Shown: positions 50,750-60,731, counted from the first letter of the stretch. The stretch is 64,000 nucleotides of DNA from Candidatus Omnitrophota bacterium (GCA_035352955.1 DAOPYQ010000002.1:70737-134736), one strand, 5' to 3'. Notes: generated from the letters alone by a model not told the origin. Translations and numbers: made by a program.

Positions 50750-52384
50750 ATGGGATCTTCTTTCGATAGATTTTTGAGAATACGGGAATTCTTGAGCCGC
50801 TACGGCTTCCTGATCTTCTCCGTCCTTTACCTGATCCTCGCTTTCCGCCTTTTGCCCGATTATGGCCTCGGGTTCGACAGCCCGAAAAATTTTTCAGAGG
50901 GCGAGATCAATCTCAATTACCTTCTGACCCATTACACACTCCCCGACATCGACCAGTTCAATCTTTCCTTCCAGATCCACGGGGCCCTTTTCTTCATGAT
51001 CGGCGAGGCCTGCCGGCAGGTCTTCAGCCAGTGGCTCGGGTGGATCGATCCCGTTTCAGCGCGCCACGCCTTTCTGCCGTTCCTCACCCTTCTTTTCCTG
51101 AACGTTTATTACAACTTCCTGAAGAAAAGGACCGGTCCCTTTTTCGCGGCGGCAACCTGCCTCACGGTCCTGACCTACCCTCATTTTTTCGGGCATTCCT
51201 TCAACAATATCAAGGACATCCCTCTCTTTGTATTCTTTTCCGTTTCGGTCCTGCTTTTTTATGAGTGGGCCGCCTCGGGTTTCCGGGGCCTCCGCTGGCT
51301 TTATGCGTGTTCGACCGCGCTTGGAATTTCTCTCGCCGGAAAGCTCTACACGCTAATCGCTCCGGGCATCATCGCCCTATGGCTGATCACCTCCCGGTGG
51401 ATGGGGATCCCTCTTCCGGAGAAATCAGAAAATCCCGAAAAAGAACCTGCCCCGTTCCGGTGGTCACGGGAGCGGGTCTTCCACGTTTGCGCGGCGATCC
51501 TGATTGCCGCGGCCATTGCAGCCTTTTTCTTCATGCCCGGCTTTTACGGGATCGAGGAAAAAGCGCGTTTCTGGCGATCCAAATCAAAAGCCGTCAAAGA
51601 CCTCCTCGGGATCAAAAACAAAGCCTGGAGCTTTTATCCGTTGATCCAGATCTTTTATGTCACCCCCGCCCTCACCCTTCTCGCCGCCACCTGGGGGATC
51701 CTTAAAACATGGCTCCGCCGGTCGCGCCATTCCCTGGACCTGCTCATGATGATCTGGCTCGGCACCGTGATCGGCATCGCCTGCTCTCCGCTCCTTCCGG
51801 TTTATAACGGCATCCGCCTGTTTATGACCTACCTGGTGCCGTTCTCTTATTTTGCAACCGGGGGGATCCTCGATGCGGGAGAAAGGATCGCAACCCGCTT
51901 CTCTTTGAAAAAATCCTGGCTTGGGTGGGAACTCGCCGCCATGGTGATCGGCGCGCAACTTTTCGGCATCCTCACGACGCATCCGTATGAAACGGCTTTC
52001 TTTAATTTTTTTGCGGGAGGGCTCAAAGGCGCCCAGGAAAAAAATATTCCCGACGCGGGAGATTTCTGGCTGACTTCCTACCGGGAAGGCATCGCGTGGG
52101 TGAACCGGCACGCTCCCCGGAATTCCTTTCTTCTCGTGCCAAACCCCAACAGCTTCCTCATGGTCGAATATTACAATCCACGCGAAGACATCCGGTATGA
52201 TTTCGTCCGCCGCCGCATTTTGCCAAGAAATAGTTTTCTGCTCATGGTCCCGAACAAAGCCTCCTGGCAGAGCCTCAGCACAAGCGCGTGCAAAGATATC
52301 GAGGATGAGATGAAGTCCATGATCAAGGTCTACGAGATCAAGCGGCAAGGCGGGGAAATTTCGACGATCTACTACAAGCCCTGA
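50750..52384 (+). CDS. Polytopic GT-C fold glycosyltransferase (ArnT/PMT-like) with C-terminal periplasmic domain
   Basis: ~11 TM helices in the N-terminal 400 aa and a soluble C-terminal domain. Genomic pairing with a polyprenol-phosphate GT2 on the opposite strand. Internal near-duplicate PRNSFLLVPN / PRNSFLLMVPN. Confidence 0.45.
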   Translation: MGSSFDRFLRIREFLSRYGFLIFSVLYLILAFRLLPDYGLGFDSPKNFSEGEINLNYLLTHYTLPDIDQFNLSFQIHGALFFMIGEACRQVFSQWLGWIDPVSARHAFLPFLTLLFLNVYYNFLKKRTGPFFAAATCLTVLTYPHFFGHSFNNIKDIPLFVFFSVSVLLFYEWAASGFRGLRWLYACSTALGISLAGKLYTLIAPGIIALWLITSRWMGIPLPEKSENPEKEPAPFRWSRERVFHVCAAILIAAAIAAFFFMPGFYGIEEKARFWRSKSKAVKDLLGIKNKAWSFYPLIQIFYVTPALTLLAATWGILKTWLRRSRHSLDLLMMIWLGTVIGIACSPLLPVYNGIRLFMTYLVPFSYFATGGILDAGERIATRFSLKKSWLGWELAAMVIGAQLFGILTTHPYETAFFNFFAGGLKGAQEKNIPDAGDFWLTSYREGIAWVNRHAPRNSFLLVPNPNSFLMVEYYNPREDIRYDFVRRRILPRNSFLLMVPNKASWQSLSTSACKDIEDEMKSMIKVYEIKRQGGEISTIYYKP

Positions 52385-52400
52385 CGGTTTCAGGATTTTT

Positions 52401-53330
52401 TTAAAGGGACGCGGACTTTTCTTGCCGGCGGGACAGGTAAACGATCATTTCGGAAAGAAGCCCGAAGAAAACGCACTGAATCCCGATCACAAGAAGCGTG
52501 ATCCCGAGGATCATGTAGGGATAACGGGGCGCGATCGTGCCCCCGGTAAGTTTGATAAGCAAAAGATGCCCGTTGATAAACGCCCCGGAGAACAGAAAAA
52601 GCAGGCCGGCCCCGCTGAAGAGATGGGACGGTTTCCCCTCGTAGCGCATGAGAAAAGCGACCGTCAGAAGATCGACCGTCATACCGAACATCCGTCCCGC
52701 ACCGAATTTGGATCTTCCATACTTTCGCGACCGGTGCTCGACCGGCTCTTCGGCAACCCTGAATCCCTTCCACGCCGCCAAAGCGGGAGTAAAACGGTGC
52801 AGTTCGCCGTACAAAGGGATCTCCCGGACTACTTCGGCGCGGTAAAGTTTCAACCCACAATTAAAATCGTGAAGCCCGACGCCCGTAATACCGCGCACGA
52901 GCGCGTTGAAAAGCTTCGACGAAAGGATCTTATGCCACGGGTCATGCCGGACCTTCTTCCATCCGGAAACAAGATCGGTCCCCGTTCGCTCCATGACCTG
53001 CCAAAGTTTCACGATCTCTTTGGGCTGGTCCTGAAGGTCTCCATCCAGCGTCACCACATATTTCCCGAGAACATTCCGGAAGCCCAGGGCCAACGCCGCA
53101 GATTTTCCGCGACAGCCTCCGAATGCAAAAAGACGCACGCGCGGATCTCCGGAAAAGGATTTTAAAACACCGGCCGTCCCGTCGGTACTCCCGTCATCGA
53201 CAAAAAGAACCTCGAAGCTCCATTTCTGGGAATCCATCGCAGCCACGATCTCTTCGTAAAGGGGCCGGAGACTTTGTTCTTCGTTGCGAACGGGTATGAC
53301 GATCGAAAATTCAGGGGACGGATTCTGCAA
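52401..53330 (-). CDS. Polyprenol-phosphate glycosyltransferase (GT2, ArnC/DPM1-like with C-terminal TM helices)
   Basis: FSIVIPVRNEE...VLFVDDGSTDGT...LDGDLQD...two C-terminal TM helices: classic polyprenyl-monophosphate sugar synthase. Confidence 0.85.
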   Translation of the reverse strand: MQNPSPEFSIVIPVRNEEQSLRPLYEEIVAAMDSQKWSFEVLFVDDGSTDGTAGVLKSFSGDPRVRLFAFGGCRGKSAALALGFRNVLGKYVVTLDGDLQDQPKEIVKLWQVMERTGTDLVSGWKKVRHDPWHKILSSKLFNALVRGITGVGLHDFNCGLKLYRAEVVREIPLYGELHRFTPALAAWKGFRVAEEPVEHRSRKYGRSKFGAGRMFGMTVDLLTVAFLMRYEGKPSHLFSGAGLLFLFSGAFINGHLLLIKLTGGTIAPRYPYMILGITLLVIGIQCVFFGLLSEMIVYLSRRQEKSASL

Positions 53331-53400
53331 AGGGATCTCCTTTAAAGAACAAGGGCAGCTCCTCCTTTTAAAGGAGAAGCTGCCCCTTCTTGTAGCTTGA

Positions 53401-54147
53401 TTATTTTACCGCCATGAACTGTCTTTTGTTCGTATCGCAAATGGGACAATTCTTAAAACCCATTCTCTCCACGACATTCCCGCAAACGGGGCAAACATAG
53501 AAGTTCTTGTTGCCGCGCTTCCACGCCTTAAGGTCCGCGAGGGCTTCCTTATAGAGGGAAGCATGGACCGCTTCAGCGGCATTGGCGTCCTCGAAAGCAT
53601 CTGTCGCATCTTTATTGTTATCCGCTTCCGCTTTCTTGAGAAACCCGGGATACATGATCGTACTTTCGTAGGTCTCGCCGTCCAACGCGTTCTTGAGATT
53701 CTCCGGCGTGGTCTTTACTTCCGGAGTTTCGATCTTCGCTGTGGGGGTTCCGCCCATTCCTTTGATCACTTTGGCGTGACGTTCAAAATGAACCTGCTCG
53801 GCACGTGCGGCGGCCCGGAAAAGACTGGCGGCCCTGCCGTATCCTTCTTCATCCGCTTTTTTGGCGAACGCGAGGTACTTTGCGTTAGCGTTGCTTTCAC
53901 CGTTAAACGCGGCCTGAAGATTCTCGAGGGTCGTCTTCTCGACCGGAGTCGGAGCCACTTCAACGGGGGCCGGAGCCACCGCCGGGGCTGTCGCTTCCGC
54001 GGCCGGAGCCGGAGTCGCGGCCGGAGCGGCCTCGGGCATGACCACCGGAATTTGTTCCTGGACCTTCACGTCTTCGGCATAGGCGAAAATCGCCAACGGA
54101 AGAGAGAAGAAAAGCGTAACAATGAGGATCTTGCTAAGAACCTTCAT
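53401..54147 (-). CDS. Rubrerythrin (diiron ferritin-like domain + C-terminal rubredoxin-like CxxC-x12-CxxC) with N-terminal Sec-type signal peptide and Ala/Pro-rich linker
   Basis: Start MKVLSKILIVTLFFSLPLAIFAYA (internal ATG of the listed ORF), APA-rich linker, E...ExxH diiron motifs (AEQVHFERH; EAVHASLY), C-terminal CPVCG...CPIC. Confidence 0.75.
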   Translation of the reverse strand: MKVLSKILIVTLFFSLPLAIFAYAEDVKVQEQIPVVMPEAAPAATPAPAAEATAPAVAPAPVEVAPTPVEKTTLENLQAAFNGESNANAKYLAFAKKADEEGYGRAASLFRAAARAEQVHFERHAKVIKGMGGTPTAKIETPEVKTTPENLKNALDGETYESTIMYPGFLKKAEADNNKDATDAFEDANAAEAVHASLYKEALADLKAWKRGNKNFYVCPVCGNVVERMGFKNCPICDTNKRQFMAVK

Positions 54148-54207
54148 GTGGAGCCTCCTTTGCGTTGGAACATTTCCCAAAAACTCCCTCAGGGGAGGAA
54201 CAATATA

Positions 54208-55359
54208 TCACAAAAAAGAGTCTTCGGACGAGATGTCTTTTTTCAGCAAAAACCCGAAAACGTCCTCGGAAAGAAATTTCCCGCGTCTTGTCAACCTTAG
54301 GTCTTCCCCCACAAACTCCATAAGTCCCTCGCCGCAAAGTGTCGCAACCCGTTCAGCTACCTTAGGATAGATCTTTTTAAAATCTCCGGGGCGCACGCCC
54401 TTGCGGAGCCTGAGGCCGGTCACAAAGGTTTCGACCTCTTTGTCCTCCTCCGAAAGTGCGTCCTCCTGATCGCGGGTCCAGTCCCGGGCTTCGCATTTCG
54501 CGAGGTAATGCCCGGTGTCGGTTGCGAATTGATAACGGATCCCTCCAAGATAAGAAAAAGCGCCCGGACCGAGGCCGAGATATTCCCGGTTATGCCAATA
54601 AAGAAGATTGTGACGCGACGCGGCACCAGGCATTGCAAAATTTGAGATCTCATAATGTTCGTAACCCGCCTGCGTTAGCGTCCGGATCGCGGCTTCATAC
54701 ATCCGGGCATGATCCTCTTCCCCGGGAAGATCCAGACTGCCGTCACGTTTGAGATCACCCAAAACCGTCCCTTCGTGAACTTCAAGATCGTAAAGCGACA
54801 CCTGCGACGCCTCCAAAGCAACGCATTGGTCGAGAGAGTGCCGGAAATCGTCCGGCGTTTGCCCGGGGATCCTGAGCATCAGATCCAGACTGATATTAGA
54901 AATACCGGTGGCGCGGATCTTCCGAAGCGTTTCGAGGATATCCCGGACGGAATGCCTGCGACCAAGGCGATTGAGAAGAACGTCCCGAAACGATTGCGCA
55001 CCTAAGCTGATCCGGTTGACGCCAAGATCCCGGAAAATACGAAGTCTTTCCTCGTCACCATCCCCGGGATTCCACTCGGCAGTGATCTCGGCATCCGCGG
55101 CAAAGCGGAACCGGTCCCGGACTGTTTTCATGAGAAATGTGATCTCTTCGCCGGTCAGGATCGAGGGCGTGCCGCCCCCGAGGTAGAAAGTGGCAAAAGA
55201 AAGTTTCCCGAACCGCCGGAAAGTTGCTTCGGCTTCAAGAACGAGCGCATCGAGGAAGCGCTTGCGGAACTCAGGGGAAGGCTCTCCCTCCGAAACGAAA
55301 TTACAATAATGGCACCGCCCGCGGCAAAACGGGATGTGGACATACAAGCCTTTTTCCAT
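54208..55359 (-). CDS. hemW: Radical SAM heme chaperone HemW (HemN-like, oxygen-independent coproporphyrinogen oxidase family)
   Basis: YVHIPFCRGRCHYCNF (CxxxCxxC), GGGTPS. 383 aa, HemW/HemN family organisation. Confidence 0.85.
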   Translation of the reverse strand: MEKGLYVHIPFCRGRCHYCNFVSEGEPSPEFRKRFLDALVLEAEATFRRFGKLSFATFYLGGGTPSILTGEEITFLMKTVRDRFRFAADAEITAEWNPGDGDEERLRIFRDLGVNRISLGAQSFRDVLLNRLGRRHSVRDILETLRKIRATGISNISLDLMLRIPGQTPDDFRHSLDQCVALEASQVSLYDLEVHEGTVLGDLKRDGSLDLPGEEDHARMYEAAIRTLTQAGYEHYEISNFAMPGAASRHNLLYWHNREYLGLGPGAFSYLGGIRYQFATDTGHYLAKCEARDWTRDQEDALSEEDKEVETFVTGLRLRKGVRPGDFKKIYPKVAERVATLCGEGLMEFVGEDLRLTRRGKFLSEDVFGFLLKKDISSEDSFL

Positions 55360-55536
55360 ACAGTTCTGGTCCTTGTGGTATCGGATAATCGCAGGGCTTC
55401 ATATTAGCAGGCGCAAGGCTCGACGCGCAACGCACAACAATTTTAGTTTTTACGTTGTGCGGATCAAGGATTGGCACACATCTTGCTTCTTTTGTCTGGT
55501 AGAATACTCTTTATAAAAAAGGAAGCGGTGAGATCG

Positions 55537-56001
55537 ATGATCCCGGAAAAAATTCTACAAATTCTCGAAAAACGCGAATTTGTCTCCATCGCCACGGCCT
55601 CCGCCGAAGGACAGCCGAACTCTGTCCCGAAATTCTTTTTTCGCGCCAAGGGGTCTTTTCTTTACCTAGTCGATCACGTGATCGGCAAGACCGTCACCAA
55701 TCTCAAGAGCAACCCCCTTTGTTCGGTCTCGTTCATGGATCTCGATAACCTTGAGGCTTACCGTTTCAACGGCAAGGCCCGCCTTATTGAATCCGGAAAA
55801 GTCTTCGACAAGATCCTGAAAGAATGGAATGACCGGTTGATCCAACTTTCGACCGACCGCGTGGTCGAAGCAGTCCGGACCGGCAAAAGGCGCGGACATT
55901 ACGAGCTAGAGATCTCCGAAGAATTCGTGGTGATCAAGATCCGTATCGAGAGCGTTGTCAAGATCGGCCGCAAGGGCGACATCTGGAAAGAAACCGACTA
56001 G
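55537..56001 (+). CDS. Pyridoxamine 5'-phosphate oxidase-like FMN-binding split-barrel protein
   Basis: Start at the ATG 55537 with an SD. EFVSIATASAEGQPNSVPKFF pattern of the PNPOx-like family. Confidence 0.55.
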   Translation: MIPEKILQILEKREFVSIATASAEGQPNSVPKFFFRAKGSFLYLVDHVIGKTVTNLKSNPLCSVSFMDLDNLEAYRFNGKARLIESGKVFDKILKEWNDRLIQLSTDRVVEAVRTGKRRGHYELEISEEFVVIKIRIESVVKIGRKGDIWKETD

Positions 56002-56173
56002 ACGCTCTCTCCCCTTCGCCCGATCACCGCCTTGGGCCCTCTGCAACGATCCTTAACGATCCTTCCCAAAAAAGACCGATTTTGCTATCATCCAGCCCTG
56101 TGATCATCCTAAAACCGACACGTGAGAACACAAGAATGCACGGCCTAAGCCTTCATCCTGTCGAGAGACCCAC

Positions 56174-57775
56174 TTGAACATCCCAAACTGGCGTTCGTTC
56201 CTGCTCCGGTTGAAAGATCGTCCCGCGCTTGTTTCTTTTTTTGTGGCCCTTGTGCTCGTCGTCGCGCTCTGCATTCTCTTCACCCCCCGTTGGGAACAAA
56301 ACGACGACGTGTGCATGTCCATGGTGGCTCATGGCTACGGGCTTGCCGCGCACAGCTCTCCGAACCTGGTCTATTCCAACGTCCTTTGGGGCCACCTGGT
56401 CCGCGCCATTCCTCCGATCAACGGGGTCCTGGGCTACTCGCTGGCCGCGATGGCAACTCTGGTGATCACCAGTTGGATGTTATTTTATTTTCTGGTTCGC
56501 CTGGGAGCAGGCTACCTCCCCAGCCTGCTTGCGATGATCCTGATCATGGCAAGACCCATCCTTTTCCCACAGTTCACATTTACCGCCGGACTTCTCACGG
56601 CCACCGCGATCATCGGCTGGCGTGTCCACACGAAATATGGAGACCTCGGAAGCCTCGTGGCGGCTTGTCTTCTTGCTTTGGGCGGTTTCCTGATACGGGG
56701 AGAGGAATTTTTCCTGGTCCTTGGGGTGGGTTTGCCCCTGCTCCCTTGGAAGGCCTTGTGGCACCAACGGTCGATGCGGATCGGCCTCATCATTCTGGCG
56801 CTTGTGATTACGTCAGCCGCCGCGTTAGACCTCCAGGCCTACAACGCCCCTGAATGGAAGTTCTTCAATGAGCTGAACTCTGCGCGCACTCCTTTTGCCG
56901 ATTACGACGGCGGCAAATATCTGAAACAACGACCGGACATTCTGGCCCGTTACGGTTATTCCGATAATGATATCGATCTGCTTAGCTGCAAATTCTTCGT
57001 AGACACTTCGGTCGCGAACCCCAAAGCCATGAGCGCAATGATGGCCGAACTCGGCCCGCTCTATCTGCAGAAAGGGCGTCTTGCTTCGGGCTTTGAAGGT
57101 TTTAAGGGCTTGGTCGCTCCTCAGATGCTTCCCTTGTATTTTGGGGGCCTCTTGCTACTTTGCCTGATCCCCCATTGGTCTGCCGCGCTGACTTGGGTGT
57201 TCTGTCTGACGGCCCTGTTCATGACCGGATGGGTGTTTCGTCCGTGTCCCTTGCGCGTATGTCTCCCGCTAATGAGTCTGCTGTTTGTGGCGCCCCTTTT
57301 ATGGGGACGGCCGGCTAGCGCTGTCTTGCGCAGGATCGCTTTGGGAATACTCATTGCGACCTTTATCTGGAAGGCTTATATCCTCATTCCTCAGGGCATC
57401 CTTTCCAAAAAAATATTGGCCCGCGCGCAGGACGATGCCCGCCATTTCCCCCGGGAGACCATCTTCAGCTGGGGAACCACTTTCCCGAGCGAGCTTGTTT
57501 TTCCCGTATTATCCAATGACACGCAACTTCGAAACATCCGGTGGTATTCAATGAATGTCTTCACGCACGCGCCTTTCTCCGTAGCAACGGCGGATACAAA
57601 AGCCGGGCGCGGATTGCTTGACCGCTGGCACGAGGAGAAGGGGGTCCCTATCATCCAGTCCGCATGGACCCCGATGTTGGAAACTTATTGTCGCGAACAT
57701 TGGGACGGTGAGTTGCAAGGGACTCCGGTCCAGCAAAGGCTGATCATCACGGTCCAAAAAATGCGCTGCGCGTAA
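56174..57775 (+). CDS. Large polytopic membrane protein of unknown function (possibly a GT-C/DUF2029-like glycosyltransferase)
   Basis: 533 aa, >10 predicted TM helices, TTG start as listed. No soluble catalytic motif recognised. Confidence 0.45.
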   Translation: MNIPNWRSFLLRLKDRPALVSFFVALVLVVALCILFTPRWEQNDDVCMSMVAHGYGLAAHSSPNLVYSNVLWGHLVRAIPPINGVLGYSLAAMATLVITSWMLFYFLVRLGAGYLPSLLAMILIMARPILFPQFTFTAGLLTATAIIGWRVHTKYGDLGSLVAACLLALGGFLIRGEEFFLVLGVGLPLLPWKALWHQRSMRIGLIILALVITSAAALDLQAYNAPEWKFFNELNSARTPFADYDGGKYLKQRPDILARYGYSDNDIDLLSCKFFVDTSVANPKAMSAMMAELGPLYLQKGRLASGFEGFKGLVAPQMLPLYFGGLLLLCLIPHWSAALTWVFCLTALFMTGWVFRPCPLRVCLPLMSLLFVAPLLWGRPASAVLRRIALGILIATFIWKAYILIPQGILSKKILARAQDDARHFPRETIFSWGTTFPSELVFPVLSNDTQLRNIRWYSMNVFTHAPFSVATADTKAGRGLLDRWHEEKGVPIIQSAWTPMLETYCREHWDGELQGTPVQQRLIITVQKMRCA

Positions 57776-57904
57776 CCCCGGGGCGGGATCAGAACGAATC
57801 ACAGCCCTCTTCCAGAAACCGTCCCTCCAATGGTAGACTGTTCCGCATTCTCCGGAATATTTTTCCGGGTCAAGAAAGGACGCGCACCCCTGAAGGAGGT
57901 TGTC

Positions 57905-58438
57905 ATGAAAAAACACTGTTTTATTCCGGGTCTTGTTTTTTTCCTTCTTTTTTCCGTCGCTATGAGTTCTGCCGAGGACACGCCGTCCGTCGGAGAAAAA
58001 CTGGTGCGAGAATTATGGAAGAATATCGCCGCCGGGGATTGGACCGCCGTCCAAAAGGGCCTGGCCCCGGAATTCCAGTCCGTCCATGAAGACATCACGC
58101 GCAACGCTGCGGAAGAACTCGAACTCCTGAAAAACCTCCAGCTCGGGAACTTCGAGCTAAGCGATTTCAACACCACTCAAAAAGGTTCGACCTTGATCGT
58201 CACTTACCGCGCCATGACCGAAGAGGTGATCACCGGCATGGACCTTCCGGCAAGGGCCGCGATGCGCATGAGCATTTTCACAAAAACGCCGGACGGCTGG
58301 AAGTGGGTCGCTCACGCGAACCTTAATTCTCTTGTCCCCTTCATGTCACAGACCCCCGAGGAGCCCGAAGAACCCGCTCCCGCCGCACCCACAAAACCTT
58401 CCGAAAAGCCTTCCCCAAAAATTCACCCGAGAACTTGA
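57905..58438 (+). CDS. Secreted hypothetical protein (SnoaL/NTF2-like fold suspected) with Pro/Glu-rich C-terminal tail
   Basis: Start at ATG 57905 with a GAAGGAGG SD. Signal peptide MKKHCFIPGLVFFLLFSVAMSSA. Tail PEEPEEPAPAAPTKPSEKPSPK. Confidence 0.45.
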   Translation: MKKHCFIPGLVFFLLFSVAMSSAEDTPSVGEKLVRELWKNIAAGDWTAVQKGLAPEFQSVHEDITRNAAEELELLKNLQLGNFELSDFNTTQKGSTLIVTYRAMTEEVITGMDLPARAAMRMSIFTKTPDGWKWVAHANLNSLVPFMSQTPEEPEEPAPAAPTKPSEKPSPKIHPRT

Positions 58439-58474
58439 TTTCCTCGCAAAAAAGCGTATAGTTCCACGCTTATA

Positions 58475-58625
58475 TGCCGAGTCTGAAGGCCTTTTTTCAA
58501 GGCCCTCGGAGCGGGGGACCCACTAACCATAAGGGGCGAATTACTGGTCTGGTATCAGGCCAGTGAGAGGTTTTCTCGACCTTAGCCCGTCAGCTAACCC
58601 CGTAGGCGCTGTTGAGAGGAGTTCC
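58475..58625 (+). ncRNA. c-di-AMP riboswitch (ydaO-yuaA/kimA class) in the 5' leader of the KimA-like transporter gene
   Basis: Leader contains GCCGAGUCUGAAGG, CUCGGAGCGGGGGACCCAC, AAGGGGCGAAUUAC, and CCGUCAGCUAACCCCGUAGGCGCUGUUGAGAGGAG, matching conserved blocks of the ydaO motif (cf. ACGGAGGAACC..., GGGGUUAAUC, CAGCUAACUCCGGAGGCAAUAAAGGAAGGAG in characterised representatives). The expression platform can pair CUCUUCC with the GGAAGGAGG SD. Confidence 0.55.
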
Positions 58626-58706
58626 CCATGAAGAACGTTGTCTGTCTGCAGCACTCTGCCGTCCCTGGTTCTCTTCCCATGAATCGTTCGGAAGGAGGGC
58701 CGCGAC

Positions 58707-60731
58707 ATGCCTAATATCCCCCAGACAAAAAAGACCGCACGAAACGTCGTGCTCGTTACGACCGCCATGCTAAGCTTCATCAGTTTCTGGAAAGCCGCCG
58801 CGATCGTACTTTGTGATCTGGCCTCAACGGCTTATTACATCGGCGGCATCGCGGAACAAGCGATCGGGAAGGCCGCACCCTGGTTCATCCTCGGGGTGAT
58901 GCTCTTCTCTTACGCAGTTCGGGCGGTCTACATCGAATCCTGCGGTATGTTCGTCCGCGGAGGCGTCTACCGCGTGGTCAAGGAAGCTATGGGCGGAACA
59001 TTGGCAAAACTTTCGGTTTCCGCCTTGATTTTTGACTATGTCCTTACGGGACCGATCAGCGCTGTTTCCGCGGGGCAGTATCTTGCCGGACTTTTCAATA
59101 CGATCTTTCCCCATCTGGAGATCCCTTTGCACATCCCCACAAACTTATTTGCGATAGGGTTCGCGATCGCAGTCACCCTTTATTTCTGGTGGCAGAACGT
59201 CAAAGGCATCCCGGAATCCAGCGAAAAAGCCCTCAAGATCATGGGAATCACCACAGTCATGGCTATCCTCCTTATTACCTGGAGCCTTCTAACGCTCAAA
59301 GTCCGCGGATTCCATTGGCCGTCTTTTGCGCCGGTTTTTACCAAGGAATCCCTCGGATGGCTCCTCCCTTTCAAAGACGGGATCGCACCGCTCGGCATGA
59401 TCGGGATCACGATCGCATTCGGACATTCGCTCCTTGCCATGAGCGGCGAAGAATCCCTTGCGCAGGTCTACCGTGAAATGGAAGCGCCCAAACTAAAGAA
59501 CCTGGAAAAAGCAGGCTTTATCATCTTCATCTACAGTATGTTACTGACATCCCTCGTCAGTTTCTTCGCCGTCATGATCATTCCGGATGCCGTGCGAACT
59601 GGCCAATATTCCGATAATCTCATCAGCGGTTTGACGATGCACCTCATCGGTCCGATGCCCGTCCGTATCCTCTTTCAAGCTTTCGTGGTATTCGTAGGAG
59701 CCTTGATCCTCTCCGGCGCGGTCAATACATCGATCGTAGGTTCCAACGGCGTCCTGAACCGGCTCGGTGAGGACGGGATCCTGCCGGAAGCATTGCGGCG
59801 CCCGCACCCCCGCTTCGGCACCTCCCACAGAATGATCCATCTGATCGTCGGGCTGCAAATCCTGACGATCCTGTTCTGCCGCGGCAATATCTATATCCTC
59901 GGCGAAGCTTACGCATTCGGCGTCATCTGGAGCTTCGTCTTCAAAAGCCTGGCGGTCCTGATGCTCCGCTACAAAAACCGAAGCGACCGCGAATGGAAAG
60001 TCCCTGGAAATTTCCGGATCTTCGGCATCGAGATCCCGATGGGGCTGGTCGCGATCTTTTTCGTTTTGTTCATGACCGCAATGGTCAATTTGCTGACCAA
60101 AAAGGTCGCGACGATCTCGGGATCGCTTTTCACGCTGGCGTTCTTCATCATCTTTTTGATCTCTGAAAAGCTTAACGAGAGACACCGCGCTCACCCGCTC
60201 GATTCGAAGGAAGAGCATCACCATATCGATCGCGTCAACCTGAACGAAATGGAGCTCCTGACGCCGGAAGCATGCCGTTGCACCAAACCCAAACGGATCA
60301 TCGTTGCGGTCCATTCCCCCAAGCGCCTGATCCATCTGGAACGGGTTTTGGCCGAAGCCGATCCGGAGACCACGGATGTGATCGGATTGACTTCCAAAGT
60401 CGGGACCGGTCTGTTTCTTGAAGGAAAGCTCGACAAACCTTCTCCTCAGGAAGAAGAGCTCTTTACTCAGGTGATCGCTACCGCAGAAAAGGTCGGGCGA
60501 TCCGTGATCCTTCTCTCGGTCCCGACGAACGATCCCTATTATGTAATGGCACGCGCGGCGTTCGATCTGAAGGCCCAACAACTCGTCGTCGGAAAATCGG
60601 AAAAATTCTCCCCCGAGGTCCAGATGGAAGAGATTGCCGTCGCCTGGGGATCGGTAACGCCCGCGGACGAGGTCCGTCCATTACATGTCCGCGTAATTTG
60701 GAAAGACCGGGAATATCACGAAGATATTTGA
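58707..60731 (+). CDS. kimA: KimA/YdaO-like APC-superfamily K+ transporter with C-terminal cytoplasmic (USP-like) domain
   Basis: 674 aa; N-terminal 12-TM APC/LeuT-fold domain (~460 aa) and a ~200-aa C-terminal soluble domain. Preceded by a ydaO-class riboswitch, as in Bacillus kimA. Confidence 0.65.
   Translation: MPNIPQTKKTARNVVLVTTAMLSFISFWKAAAIVLCDLASTAYYIGGIAEQAIGKAAPWFILGVMLFSYAVRAVYIESCGMFVRGGVYRVVKEAMGGTLAKLSVSALIFDYVLTGPISAVSAGQYLAGLFNTIFPHLEIPLHIPTNLFAIGFAIAVTLYFWWQNVKGIPESSEKALKIMGITTVMAILLITWSLLTLKVRGFHWPSFAPVFTKESLGWLLPFKDGIAPLGMIGITIAFGHSLLAMSGEESLAQVYREMEAPKLKNLEKAGFIIFIYSMLLTSLVSFFAVMIIPDAVRTGQYSDNLISGLTMHLIGPMPVRILFQAFVVFVGALILSGAVNTSIVGSNGVLNRLGEDGILPEALRRPHPRFGTSHRMIHLIVGLQILTILFCRGNIYILGEAYAFGVIWSFVFKSLAVLMLRYKNRSDREWKVPGNFRIFGIEIPMGLVAIFFVLFMTAMVNLLTKKVATISGSLFTLAFFIIFLISEKLNERHRAHPLDSKEEHHHIDRVNLNEMELLTPEACRCTKPKRIIVAVHSPKRLIHLERVLAEADPETTDVIGLTSKVGTGLFLEGKLDKPSPQEEELFTQVIATAEKVGRSVILLSVPTNDPYYVMARAAFDLKAQQLVVGKSEKFSPEVQMEEIAVAWGSVTPADEVRPLHVRVIWKDREYHEDI

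Noticed and set aside
58440-58706. Glycine riboswitch interpretation of the kimA-like leader
   Set aside because: CTCGGAGCG and AAGGGGCGAA resemble glycine aptamer blocks, but the spacer is too short for a P2 hairpin and no tandem aptamer organisation fits. The 3' block CAGCUAACCCCGUAGGC...GAGAGGAG fits the ydaO c-di-AMP class much better.
58541-58780. 79-aa minus-strand ORF overlapping the riboswitch and kimA start
   Set aside because: Antisense to a structured leader and gene start; no support.
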